Of a stretch of DNA of 64,000 nt, positions 1 to 11,500 are shown one piece after another. Under the pieces are notes generated by a model. That model was not told the DNA's origin. It saw only the letters and a program-made list of their open reading frames with translations, and did not search any database. Made by a program: the position numbers and the translations under genes. Numbering within the stretch: the first letter of the stretch is position 1; each line of letters begins with the position of its first letter. The DNA is from Takakia lepidozioides (Eukaryota > Plantae > Bryophyta). The DNA is taken from positions 7,564,001 to 7,628,000 of the forward strand of contig CM060733.1 of NCBI GenBank assembly GCA_030704615.1, in the 5' to 3' direction.

Positions 1-422
1 AACTAGGACTCCCCTTAGAAAAGGATGAAAGAGATGAAGTAGAAATGCCCAATGGACATACAAAGGTCATTGAGACACTACTTAAAAACATAGAGTTGTT
101 GATTGGTAAATATAGATAAACCTTAGAATGGCGAGTGCTCAAACTGGCTCGATATGACGTAATATTAGGCATGCCTTGGATTGAATCTCACAACCCTGAT
201 GTTGATTGGCGTAGAAAGATAGTCAAAACCCAGAATTGAAAAATATGGGGAGATCGAGTGAGGACACCATATCGAAACCTACTATCATTTGTTATAGGTA
301 CTACAACTATATGTAAGAAAAACTTATTATTTGTAGGTTTAATAAGAGACGTGGAAAATCCGAAAAAAAAAACATGAGTGAGGTCCTTATAGAATTACAG
401 AGTGTATTAAAAGAGTTCAAAG

Positions 423-1406
423 ATGTCTCCGCCAAAGAGAAGAATAGATCATAAGATTGAGGTTGTTCCAAGTAGTACTCCTTCTTGTGAAATCCCTTAT
501 CGATTAACACCAAACGAGTTGAAAGAATGTAAGGCTCAAATCGAGGACCTAATATCAAAAAGTTTTATAAGACCAAGTGTATCCCCGTATGGAGCGCCGG
601 TGTTGTTTGTGAAGAAAAAAGATGGAGCAATGCGCATGTGCATTGATTATCGAGCACTCAACCAACAGACAGTGAAGAACAAGTACCCGTTACCACGCAT
701 GGACGATCTATTTGACCAACTGCGAGGAGCAAAATACTTTACGAAGCTTGATCTAATGAGTGGATACAACCAAATTCGAGTCGCTGATAAAGATGTATAT
801 AAGACCGCTTTCCGCACTAGGTATGGACATTTTGAATACATGGTTATGTCATTTGGTCTCACCAATGCCCCAGCCACATTCATGGGCCTCATGAATGATA
901 TCTTTCGCTCATTCTTAGATAGATTTGTGATAGTCTTTTTAGATGATATTATGATCTATAGTAACAACCTTGTCGAGCATAGAAACCACCTCAAACAAGT
1001 ATTACAAGTTCTCCGTGAGAATCAGCTATATGCCAAAGCATCTAAATGTGAATTTGAAAAACAAGAAGTAGATTATCTTGGGCATTGTGTGAGTATGAAG
1101 GGAATTAAGGTAATGAGTGAAAAAATAGAAGCTATTCAGCAGTGGATAGCCCTTGAAGACATTACCCAATTAAAGAGTTTTCTTGGCCTTACCGGATTCT
1201 ACAGACGATTTGTACGGGCATTCTCAAAGATTGCCCAACCATTAACAAATCTTTTGGGCAAAGGAATTAAATGGAAATGGGGTACAGAAGAGGTTAGCAT
1301 TTCAAGCCTTGAAGAATGCGTTGCTTCATGCCCCGATCTTGAAATGGTAGGATCCGACAAGACTAATCAAGCTCTCAGTAGATGTGTCAGGCTCAGCAGT
1401 GGGTGA
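423..1406 (+). pseudogene. Gypsy pol: reverse transcriptase domain
   Basis: Motifs [61 protein letters not shown]; frameshifts into RNase H at ~1300-1380. Confidence 0.95.
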
Positions 1407-2007
1407 GATATTACAACAAGAATGGAAAGACGGATGGCACCCAGTGACATATTTTTCTCGCAAATTGTTACATGCGGAACAAAATTACCATACAACCGAA
1501 CGAGAAGAATTGGCCATCGTTTTGGGTACAAAACATTGGAAGCACTATCTTGGAGACAAAGAGTTCATAGTGGAGATAGACCATAAACCGTTGGTGTACT
1601 TGGAGACACAAAAAGATCTATCGAAGAGACAGATTCGTTGGGTGGAGTGGCGACAACAATTTAATATGAAGATCGTCTATGTAGAGGGAAAACGGCAATT
1701 GGCAGATGCAATGACAAGGATGTCGCGCATGAACACATTGACAGAAATCAACATTCAACCCGATTGGTGGAACAAGATAGCGACGGCTTCTAAAGATGAT
1801 GGGGAGATCGTGGACGCTAAAAAGAAGGGCAAAGTGACAGAAGTTCGAGGGTTGGTATTCAAGGAAGATAAACTTTGGATCCCTGATGAACCTGCATTGA
1901 AGACAAAAGCCTTGTTTGAAGCTCATGATACGGCGATAGCAGGACATGTTCGAGTTGAAAAAATATTCGAACAACTAAAACGAACATTTTATTGGCCGCG
2001 GATGTGA
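1384..2007 (+). pseudogene. Gypsy pol: RNase H and integrase zinc-binding N-terminus
   Basis: Motifs HPVTYFSRKL, EQNYHTTEREELAIV, DHKPL, then AHDTAIAGH and FYWPRM; premature stop at 2005-2007. Confidence 0.92.
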
Positions 2008-2013
2008 GACGAG

Positions 2014-2580
2014 GTGGAGGCGTACGTTCGAAGTTGCATGAGATGTCAACAAAACAAGTCAACAAACCGCAAGCCATCATGTCTTTTACAACCACTACTA
2101 GTACCAAACAGACGTTGGGAACATATGAGCATGGATTTAGTTTGTGAGTTACCTCAAACCTCATCGGGATACGACACTATAGTGGTCTTTGTAGACAAAT
2201 TGAGTAAGATCATACACATCCGTCCCACTAGAAAATTCGTCACTGCACCTAAACTAGCTCGACTATATCTGGAAGCGGTCTATTCTCATCATGGACTATC
2301 TAAAGTTCTCATTACTGACAGGGGTACCCAATTTACTAGCTTGTTTTGGAAAAGCTTATTTGGTCTTTTTAAAATCAAATTAGCTATGTCAACAGCCTAT
2401 CATCCGGAGTCAGATGGACAGACAGAGCGAGCAAATCGTACAATTGAAGACATGTTGCGGGCCTTTACGTTAGAAGAACAAGAAGAGTGGGATTGGTTAT
2501 TACCATTGGTAGAATTTTCATACAATAACTCGGTCAACGCGTCAACGAAAGAAACTCATTTTTTTTTTTATGTATGGTGA
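2014..2580 (+). pseudogene. Gypsy pol: integrase core (rve)
   Basis: CxxC (SCMRCQ), SMDLV, ITDRGTQF and YHPESDGQTERANRTIE carry the D,D35E motifs; frameshift in a T run at ~2560. Confidence 0.93.
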
Positions 2581-2711
2581 ACACCCAAATGTGCCAACAA
2601 CTCTTACGAAGTTTAATTTACCAAAAGATGAGTTATCCAAGGTAGCCACGACTAACGCATTTGTGCAACAAATTCGACGGGGAGTACGTCAAGCTTAAAA
2701 GAAGCTGATGG

Positions 2712-3149
2712 TTGCCCAAAATTGCCAAAAGCAGTATGCAAATGCACGTCGACGGGATGATGAGTTTGCAGTTGGGGATCAAGTGTGGTTGTCTACAACC
2801 CATTTACACAGTAGCATACAAGCTGGAGTTACTACCACATATGAAGATCCACCCGGTGTTTCACGTTTCTCTACTACGTCGTTACGAACCTCGATCATCA
2901 ATATTCAAAGATAATCAAGAACCACAACATTTTCCAGAGTTGATAGACAAAAATAAAGAGTGGGAGGTCGACCGTGTTATGAAAAAACGCACATACAAAC
3001 GAGGGCGACATGAGGTGTTGGAATATTTGGTTTTATGGAAAGGATTTCCATTATATAAAGTTACTTGGGAACCGGTGCAAAATCTCGCAAATGCTCAATT
3101 GACAATTCAAGCTTTTGAAAATTCGAACATCGAGGACGTTGCTTCTTGA
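2712..3149 (+). pseudogene. Gypsy pol C-terminus with chromodomain
   Basis: AYKLELLPHMKIHPVFHVSLL followed by chromodomain EWEVDRVM...EYLVLWKGFPLYKVTWEPVQNL, ending at the PPT. Confidence 0.88.
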
Positions 3150-3162
3150 AAGAGGGGAAGAT

Positions 3163-3571
3163 TGTAACAAGGTAGAATCTAGAAGGTTCTAGATGGAGGA
3201 TGAAAGTTCTCTAGTAAGAAGTTTGACTTAAGGAAGTTTGACTTGAGGCTCTCAAGTCAAACCTCTAAGATATTCATATTATGGAGAGTAGGTCAAATAT
3301 TTGATAAAGTCATATTGTAGAGAATATGTCAAACCTATGAAGGTTGACTTTAACAAATATCTTTGATAAAGTCGTATTGTGGAGAATATGTCGAACCTAT
3401 TAAGGTTGACTTTAGGAAGCTTTGACTTGAGGCTCTCAAGTCAAACCTTTAAAATAATCATATTGTGAAGGGTATATAAACCTACAATGAAAGCCTAGAA
3501 GACATCGAGTTGTTTTGGGAAAAAGTTGAGAAGTACTTCTATTCTAGTTTGTGTAGATCTTGAGTGTTACA
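3163..3571 (+). repeat. 3' LTR (409 bp) of the chromovirus
   Basis: Starts TGTAACA directly after the PPT and ends TGTTACA (7-bp terminal inverted repeat). Has internal duplications and a TATA-like TATATAAA at ~3473. Right flank GGCAT is the candidate TSD. Confidence 0.9.
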
Positions 3572-4435
3572 GGCATCTTGATAAAGAAGAGTTATCTTCA
3601 TCGTGAACGGATGTTATGCGTGTATTACGAGGTCTAATATAAAACTCATCGTGAATGTTATATCTCTCTGTATTATTATTATCTGTTATTGGAATAGCAA
3701 AGTGCATGTTATCCTCGTCATTGTTTTGATGATCAATGTTTGTCCAGATGTTTTGGTTATGGTGGTTTGACAATTCAAATGAACAAGTTTGTAAGTCATC
3801 CCAACAAACATTGGAGTCAGTGTCCTCTTGTACATGAAGTTTATATGTAAAAGAGATTTTATTTGTGATATAGATTCGGCATGTTCAGAATATGCTTCAT
3901 GCCATGTGTTATGAATGCCTATTTATTGTTCTTCTCGTCCTCGAAAATGATGGTATAAAAGAAGTTGTTCTCTTGCTTTATGTTTATTGTAGTGAACAAA
4001 CCTTATTACTTTCATTTTTTTACATTTGACAAATTTATTATTTATAATATTATATGATGAAGAAAATTCAGCTAAGGATAAAGAATCCAATTCCATAGGT
4101 CTGCGTACGTACCTATCTATAATAGAGGGACACATAACGTCAGTGGAATGTGGATCTAATTTTTCTAATGCATTTTGAGGTTTTAGCACAAATATCATAT
4201 TTTGACATGGTGAAGTATTAATAAACTTAAATGAGCGAGAGCTATGATGTAAAGGAAGTGATAAAACTAAGTAGGCTGCAAGTTGGGCAGACATTTGTTG
4301 AGAATTTAAGAAAACATTACCCAACTTTATTATTCGTGTATCAGAATCTACTTTGTCAGCAACACATTTTTGGATGATTGTACGTAATTCAGATGTTATT
4401 GTTTTGTCTAGTTTTGTCATGTAAGATGTACAATG
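3572..4435 (-). mobile_element. Helitron/Helentron Rep-helicase remnant, interrupted by the Gypsy element
   Basis: ORF 3923..4459 reads CTSYMTK...LGNVFLNSQQMSAQLAAYLVLSLPLHHSSRSFKFINT...YVRRP..LDSLSLAEFSSSY...REQLLLYHHFR, matching the Rep-to-Pif1 linker of Helitrons. Decayed coding sequence continues to the LTR edge. Confidence 0.8.
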
Positions 4436-5713
4436 GCAGGGTGTTGTAATCATGTACACGGATATCGAAGAAAATATTCTATCTTACATGTTATTCCTTG
4501 TGAGAAGTCCTTGATGAACACTACTATTGCTACAATGTTTGAGTCCAATTCCGAACATGCAACTGTTCCTTTAGATCAGAAGGAGCTATGGCGAGTGAAG
4601 TGCCATAAGTTATGTGTAGAATGTTTTGAATCTGTTGGGCAACAAAGCTGTCATATGTGTACACATCCACCATGGCCTATAGATTTAAAGCCCTATACAA
4701 GAACTTGGTTGCAATGTACAATAGTTGATAACGTAGTTATCCATTCTATTGAGCAGTTTACTGATGTAGTAAACTTTGCCAAAATAGCACAAAGACAATC
4801 AAAAGATGCAAACTATGTTGTAGCCAAATATAGAATTGGCAGTGGATCTTTCTCTGGGAAAAGTCTGTTGTGAAAATTAGACTTACCTGATGATATTGAA
4901 ATTCATTTAGTTTATAGTGATGTTCCGAACAATTCTAAAGTGAGGATCAAGCCATATTGGTTACATGAAGATACGGTGGATACTTGGGCTGCATACACAA
5001 AATACAACGCAAAGACGACAACCTCAATTGTGGTCCTCAACAGGAAGGGCGTATCGGAGGAAGACCATCTGATTGTGGATTTTGACGATCTCAAGGTAGA
5101 TGACATTTATCTTATCTACATGCGAAATGTGGTGGATACGATGCAAGCCCAGACTATTAAGAGTCTAGCTTATTTGTATTTTCAAACTACACCATACAAG
5201 GGAAGGAGTGGACATGATACTATGAGAGGACCAAGGCCATCCAAAAGCCATGGATATGCAGCAACCATTGCCAGCAAGGGAAATACTGACAAATATTACA
5301 ACAAATCAACATCTGCAGAAGACGAAGTAGCGTTTAGGGATACTGATGATAGTATTGCTTCAAACATTTGGAAAGGAGTTGTAAATAAATTTCCTAGATT
5401 TGTGGCGGACTTATTTGAGGACCAAATATGACCTTTTAGCTATATTAAAATAGGATTGAAAGGGTCGAAAGTACTAGTGCATCAATTCTATATGACAAGG
5501 TCAATTGTAGTGCCTACCCACGTGGACAAATCAGACAAAGACAGTACTATTATCTATTGGACAAAACGAGGGTCACCCACGGAAGAAGATTTTTTTGTAA
5601 ACTAACTGTTCTATAAGTTCGAGACTACAGATGCAGCTACGATATTTATTAGATCCAAATTCTTAGCCTATGGCACACTCACAAGTAAAGATGTAGATGA
5701 AGCAAATTTTTAA
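4433..5713 (+). pseudogene. Stop-interrupted frame: RING-like Cys/His cluster plus putative TET/JBP-type 2OG-Fe(II) dioxygenase domain
   Basis: ORFs 4433..4873, 4940..5431 and the sequence from 5432 share one frame, broken only by stops at 4871, 5429 and ~5603. Motifs: CHKLCVECFESVGQQSCHMC, FYMTRSIVVPTHVDKSD (HxDxxD), TIIYW and IFIRSKFLAYGT. Confidence 0.55.
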
Positions 5714-6372
5714 ATTAGGTATGATGAGTTAGATGAAGAGAAAGTATGATAGTATTTGTGTATATAGAGTTGTATATTATTTGATATTTACATCATTTTA
5801 AAAGATATACTATGTGTTACTACACTGTTACATTATTTTTTGAACATATAATCCTCTTCATTTTTGGCAATGTGACACCCTAAGCCGTGCAAGCAGAATT
5901 CAGTATATATTCCATGTTTTGTACTCTGGAAATGTGAATAGTATACCAGGGGCCATGATCTTTTGTTATAGAGTTCAGTGTGAAGTTCCTGAAAATATCA
6001 CACCCAAAGCATTCTCTTAATCGAAGTTGTACTAATGGGACTAAAAGTGCATGGCTCCTTCCTTCATTGGTACTATTTTCTATCTTGAGGGAGCTTGAGA
6101 AAAGTTTTGATAGCTAGATAGGATGTCTTAACTACAGGACTGGATAGCATTTGTCTTGTTTGTGGGACCTGGACAGGGACTAATCGGTGGCAGTATCTGT
6201 AGGTCACAGAGAACAGGAGCGTGTGTACTTGGGTTACAGTGGCGGTTTGCAATTACAGTAAAGGGCTTATCTACCCCTCAAAACCAAAGTACAATAGCAC
6301 CAGTATTTTTACTATGTACACATGTAAACTATGGATAAATGCCACTAGTTTCTGAACTGATGTATGTGTGCA

Positions 6373-6890
6373 GGGAATGAGACTGCAGAGACAATGGCAT
6401 ACTTTGGAATTATATTGAACTTGGTATTTTACTTGGTACATAGCATCCATGTCAGCTTCCCATATTCATCTACCTTTGTCACAAACTTTATGGGGACTAC
6501 CATCACACCCTTGCTCAGAGCCTTCTCGCCGACCCATATCCGGGACAATATATTAGAAAATAGATATCGTCTTAGGCTGCCCACTGTTTGGCCAATTACA
6601 AACTCTTTTCTTCTCTGCATCTGTTTATTGTTGAAAGGTAGGCAAGCCGCATCCCTGAAAAGATATCGTTGTAGGAAATGATATTGGAATCTTCATTTTT
6701 CTAGGGCTTCATCTTATTGGCACTCTCTGCCAACTTACCTGGCTGTAAGCCTTCGGCTTTTATGTCTACCGATATGAACATGTTTATGGGCAAGTGTCAG
6801 AAGGGAACATCATCACAAATGGCTTTCCTATATGTATCACTCTATACAATTGCATTGGGATTAGGCGGGATCAAACCCTGGACAGTTGAG
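6373..6890 (+). pseudogene. NPF (NRT1/PTR family) transporter pseudogene fragment
   Basis: GNETAETMAYFGIILNLVFYL...VTNFMGT..TPLLRAF, a frameshifted AD-Y-G-Y motif, then GFILLALSA...CQKGTSSQMAFLYVSLYTIALGLGGIKP. These match NPF N-terminal helices. It is truncated and interrupted by a 90-bp insert. Confidence 0.8.
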
Positions 6891-7226
6891 CTCTAGGAAT
6901 AGAAGAGTGATCCCATTTCAATCTTTCTTCATCATCCCAATGTTCACTTCAAATACCCTCCTCTAGGATGTGCACAATGTGGTGATTATGTATGCTTAGT
7001 CCATTGCTTAGTTGACTTTGTTTTCCGAGATTCTCTAGCAGTTTCCGGACATGAAGGGAACGATGAAAGTATATGGGATCGTGTACTTGTATGTGACCAT
7101 TGTTGATTTCCAGTGCGGTTTTCAAGAAAGCCCTTTGTGGCTTTCTGTCGTGGGCTCAAACATTCGAGGACGGGGTTGCACACGCATCTGCATTTTCCGA
7201 ACCAGTTTTTTGTTTTTAATTTACTT

Positions 7227-7245
7227 TATATATATATATATATAT
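7227..7245. repeat. (TA)n microsatellite
   Basis: Direct reading of the sequence. Confidence 0.9.
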
Positions 7246-10200
7246 CTGTTTTATATATTAGATAAAGTAGTATGTATAGTTTTTATTAGTTTATCAATCA
7301 TTGTAATTGATAATATAATTGAATACTTTGAAGCTTTTGCATGAGTTAATAACAAAAGCACAATGAACATAACATAAAATTAGCTCATACTTGTACAAAC
7401 TTTCAAATTAATAGGATTTTGGCATGTTTACAAAATAATTTAAGATTTTCTTAGGCCAATCCCAGTCTTTACACAGTGAAAAGTTAGTTGATCATTTAGA
7501 CCAACGACGGTCTTGACATGGTGTAAACATAGTTCATCACATGTTACATACAATGTAAACCAATAACAGTCTTGACATGGTGTAAGGTCAGTTGACCATT
7601 TTTTCTCCATTGACTTCAACATGATGCAAAGTCTATGCCCTGAAGGGACATAGCCAACAACACTGTTGCCCAACCCTACCCGAAGGACTTGAAACTCCCC
7701 AAATACCCACCCAATAAATTAATTAGCTGACCCCATTTTATAGATAAGTTGGCCACAATGGGTGTCATCCAACATACATTTATGTGGCTTTGAACCCACA
7801 ACCACTTGTAAAAGACAGCTTTGTGCCCTCTTAATCAAATCATTGAAAAGAGCTAGGAAAAAATAACCCAGCCCAAGGCTTTGAAGCGTACAAGGGGATA
7901 CCACACCCTTGACCACAAAACAAGAGTTAGAATCACTGCCAAAAAGCACCAGAGAGCTTAAAAAAAGAAATAGAAAGAGAGAAATATGAGGCCCTCTGAA
8001 ATTGAAGGTAAGCTTTGAAGTTTCTATTATGGATGTTCATGCAGCGTTAGTTGACCTCACTGTCTTCCCCATCAACAAGAGGACTCCCATTCCGCAAGGA
8101 AAGCGATTGTGCCAAAGAATTCTTGAATCAAACATATAGGAACAGAAGAAATCATCATTGCCCCAAGATACATCAAAAGCTTAGTAAAAAATTTCTCTTC
8201 TTTTTTCAGAATATTTGCACACCTCTGCCATCAGAACTACCTAAGCATTTCTCCCCTCCGTCTGAAGTCTGTATAGAGTTTCAACAATACGAGCTTGATG
8301 TTGGGACTGGGACCCTTATAAGCAAAAAAAACATCAATTTATCAAAATCGAATATTCTGTCATAAATTCCCTATTTCTCATGGATGAAATTGCCAAAATT
8401 CTCAAAAACAAATATAGATCTTGGATGAATTTGCCTAATATGGATGATATACATGGATGAAAGTACAGCGGAGGATGATTCTGTCCAAATTTCAGTGGAT
8501 GAGCAGAAAATATGGCTATTTTTTATGCAAAACTCAGTAGCCACTCCTGTTCTTTTCCAAATTTGAAAAAAAAAACACTGGTGCCTGCTGGGTTCTGTGG
8601 CGCAGCAGCCCGACTCGCGCCCACGCCATCCCTGCACACCTCGCCTCCCATTGGCCGGAAGAGGGCAGATCTCCGCCAAGATGCTGACAGGCACACGCTT
8701 GGTCACGTTGACTTGGATTCAGGGACGTATTCTATGCGCAGAATACAGCGCTTGGGTTCAATGCACGGAACAATATTCAGTGCGAGCTTTTCACGGGATA
8801 TAGGGTTCAGTGCGCCCACCATACCCTCATGTTCCGTTGGCGTGCTGGGTTCAGTGTAAGGTGGGGATGCTCTTATGAGTGCTTAGCAAGAGGAGGTGAC
8901 TCGACATATAAGTAGGGAGGAAAGCCCACATGGCATAGAAAGTTGAAGACCTCAATCTTATGGGCTAATGAACAAGAAATTAAACAACTAAAATTGTGCA
9001 TGTTGCTCCGCACTAATACTGACGACCTATAAAAGCAATGTTCAAGTTTTACAAACAGTTCAACACTCCATTTCATTTTGATTGGGGATATATTTAATAC
9101 AAAAATAAAAAATAATGTAAAAACTAAATGCAAGAGTACTTTCGCCCAATTCAAGCAACATAGGCTCCTTGAGCTTTGCTAAGAAAAAAGAGATATTGGA
9201 TCAACCGATTACTTATCCTCCCACATTGATCCGATTATGTTCGTTAAAAGGTGCTTACCTTCCAAACGGAGAGCAGTAGCTCTTCAGTTGCTTCCTTATG
9301 AAGTAGTGATTGTTCAAGGTTGAACATCCATAGTTGGTCCTTCCGAAGGTATGTTGGTTCCTTGTTGCATCTTGGATATGGCCTTGCTTACCTCTTGGTG
9401 TAAGCTCTTAGGCTAGTCAAAAAAAAAATTTAAACAATGTTCAATGGTTACAGATGGCCCAATGGTAAGGCCACCTTATAAGTGGTCGCAGGTTGTCACC
9501 CATTATGGCCAACCCAGCTTTGGCGTATCTGGATCAACTGGCTACTTAATGTGCGCGTACCTACGGACTTTCGTGTCCTTGGAGGACATGGCCCCATTAC
9601 AGCCGTTGAAAAGTGTCCACCCTCCAAACGGAAGGCAATATGATGGAATGACATCATAAGTTGCGTGTGCTTCAACAGTAAGAATCTTCCTTTCAATGGT
9701 TTCAATCTACACCCCGGACCATACATAGCAAGAGTCGTGAGTCAGGAACGGCTGCGACTAGTAAGGTACACTCTAATCAAGAACTTTATATGACAAACAA
9801 TTTCAACAATCCTAGCTCAAATCTTTTTTCAACAACCCTAAACCTTTTTTCTTTGTGGTCCTATACATATTCCAAAGTCACAAACCCCCATGTCATTTTT
9901 TAAGTAAACACATGGCTATAATAAATAAAATCAATGGCCCTACAACCAGTCAAGTCTGCAATCGGTCAAATGAGCTCCTTCATACCACTGTGGAAAAATA
10001 AGAACTAGGCAAGGCAATTTCTACATATAAGGGGGAGCCTTGAAGGCTTTTTCACACATAAGGCAAATTGTTGTCGACTGCAACTATTGCTGCCAGTGGA
10101 AGTTGCCATTATCAAAAGTTTTGAGGCCATACATTCACCCGATCACTTTACTTGTTGCTCTTGTAGCTCACAACAAATTAAAATTTGCATCATAAACATG

Positions 10201-10779
10201 TGTTTTATGCTGAGACCTTTTCATATGCTTTTGTTAACTAAATCTAAAATCTATCAATGTAGGATGCCCAAATGCTATTGTTGTCATTTGCAGATGTTCA
10301 ACTTATTGGTAGCAGCAACAAAAAACACTGACACTCATTTTATACAAGTTTTATCCGCTCCAGCCATTCCATGGCATGTGAACATGCTTTGACGTCGAGC
10401 CGCAAGAAAACATGCATATTCATCATCTCACTAAATCTTCATTTTTTATTTGAAAATTGACTCTTGCCAAAACAAGCGTAACTTATGCATCACTTATGCA
10501 TCACTTGATCTGAACCGCTACAGCCTTCGAGTGGGAAGGTGGACACCTTCATGACATCCAACACATGTGATTTTGAACTAACAACCACTAGTGAAATGGT
10601 ATTATGCCGTGACCATCAGCTATCTATTGGATGTCATCTCATACATTAACTTTATATGAGTTGTGGGAATAAGCTAAACCCTGGTTGGTGCGAACCCTCA
10701 AAAGGCTCTAACAACTACTCTTTGGCAAGGCAAAGTTTCTGGGGAACAGCGTGAGTACATTCTTTTCTCTCTAACTCTC

Positions 10780-11500
10780 CGGCAAGGCAGGGGGGTCTAA
10801 CTTTGAACAATAAACAAATGCAAAGAGGAAATGGAGACAAAAGAGAGATTATCAATGCCCGATGTACAGATGGCTTCAAAGAGAGAGAGAGAACTCCGGC
10901 AAAAGCCGGCGTAACTAAAAGCCACTGCACCTAGGGGGTACTGCCCCCGGTCAGGGGTGGGCTCTATAGGGGGATAAAGTAGTGTCGAGGTACTAAGGAG
11001 AAGAATCTTGTGTAAGACTATTTGACTAGGTGGGTTTGGTTGTTTTCGAGTTTGCGTTTCTTACTAATGATATATGTTAAGGATCTGAAGGCTGGGAGTC
11101 CAAAGACGATATCTAATGTATAGGGCATTCTCATGACAGAGCAATCCTCTTCAAGATCATCAACAACAGAATCCTTGCAAGACCTCTGTTCACCAACTTC
11201 GAAAACACAAGGTTGAGCCGAAAGCCCTAACCCTATTGGGGTCTAATTGCTGGGCAACTCACACACAACAAATTGATGTTTGTGGCCGCAAGGTGAAGTT
11301 AGTTACACTGGCTTTTTGCCGGAGTCTTCTCTCTCTGATATTTATGTGAAGGGCTTTCTAGAGGAAATCTGGAAAGCCCAAGCCAATTGTCTATATCAAG
11401 AAGTCACACTGCTGGAATGAGCCCTCTGTTCCTACTTGTTCCACCCAAACTGGGCGCATGATCTATGACCAAAATGCTATGGCAAACAATGTCACATGAA
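10780..11500 (+). mobile_element. Degenerate 3' fragments of the LINE family seen at 13.2-15.3 kb, split by a segment bounded by inverted repeats
   Basis: 10785-10840 encodes AGGLTLNNKQMQRGNG (cf. AGSLPLNSKQKQRGKG). 11346-11500 encodes VKGFLEEIW followed by the 3' UTR motif AAACTGGGCGC...GGCAAACAA. Confidence 0.6.

Larger units (their letters stand above)
1..3571 (+). mobile_element. Ty3/Gypsy chromovirus LTR retrotransposon, 3' portion (decayed); 5' part lies outside the window
   Basis: Domain order is protease C-terminus (YDVILGMPWIESHNPDVDW, ~150-210), RT, RNase H, integrase, chromodomain. A polypurine tract GAAAGAGGGGAAGA (3148-3161) precedes an LTR bounded by TGTAACA...TGTTACA. Several frameshifts and stops are present. 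Confidence 0.95.

Noticed and set aside
5880-5905. CCGTGCAAGCA resembling half of a Helitron 3' hairpin
   Set aside because: The second arm and the terminal CTRR are missing, and the orientation conflicts with the minus-strand Rep-Hel fragment.
8330-8580. AT-rich segment ending AAAAACACTG, mirrored by CAGTGTTTTT at ~36740, suggesting hAT-like termini
   Set aside because: I could not identify a matching opposite end or a TSD for either copy.
8715-8860. Recurring GGGTTCA(G/A)TG motif with variable spacers, superficially CRISPR-like
   Set aside because: The repeats are only ~10 bp and irregularly spaced, the context is eukaryotic and there are no cas genes; probably TE subterminal motifs.
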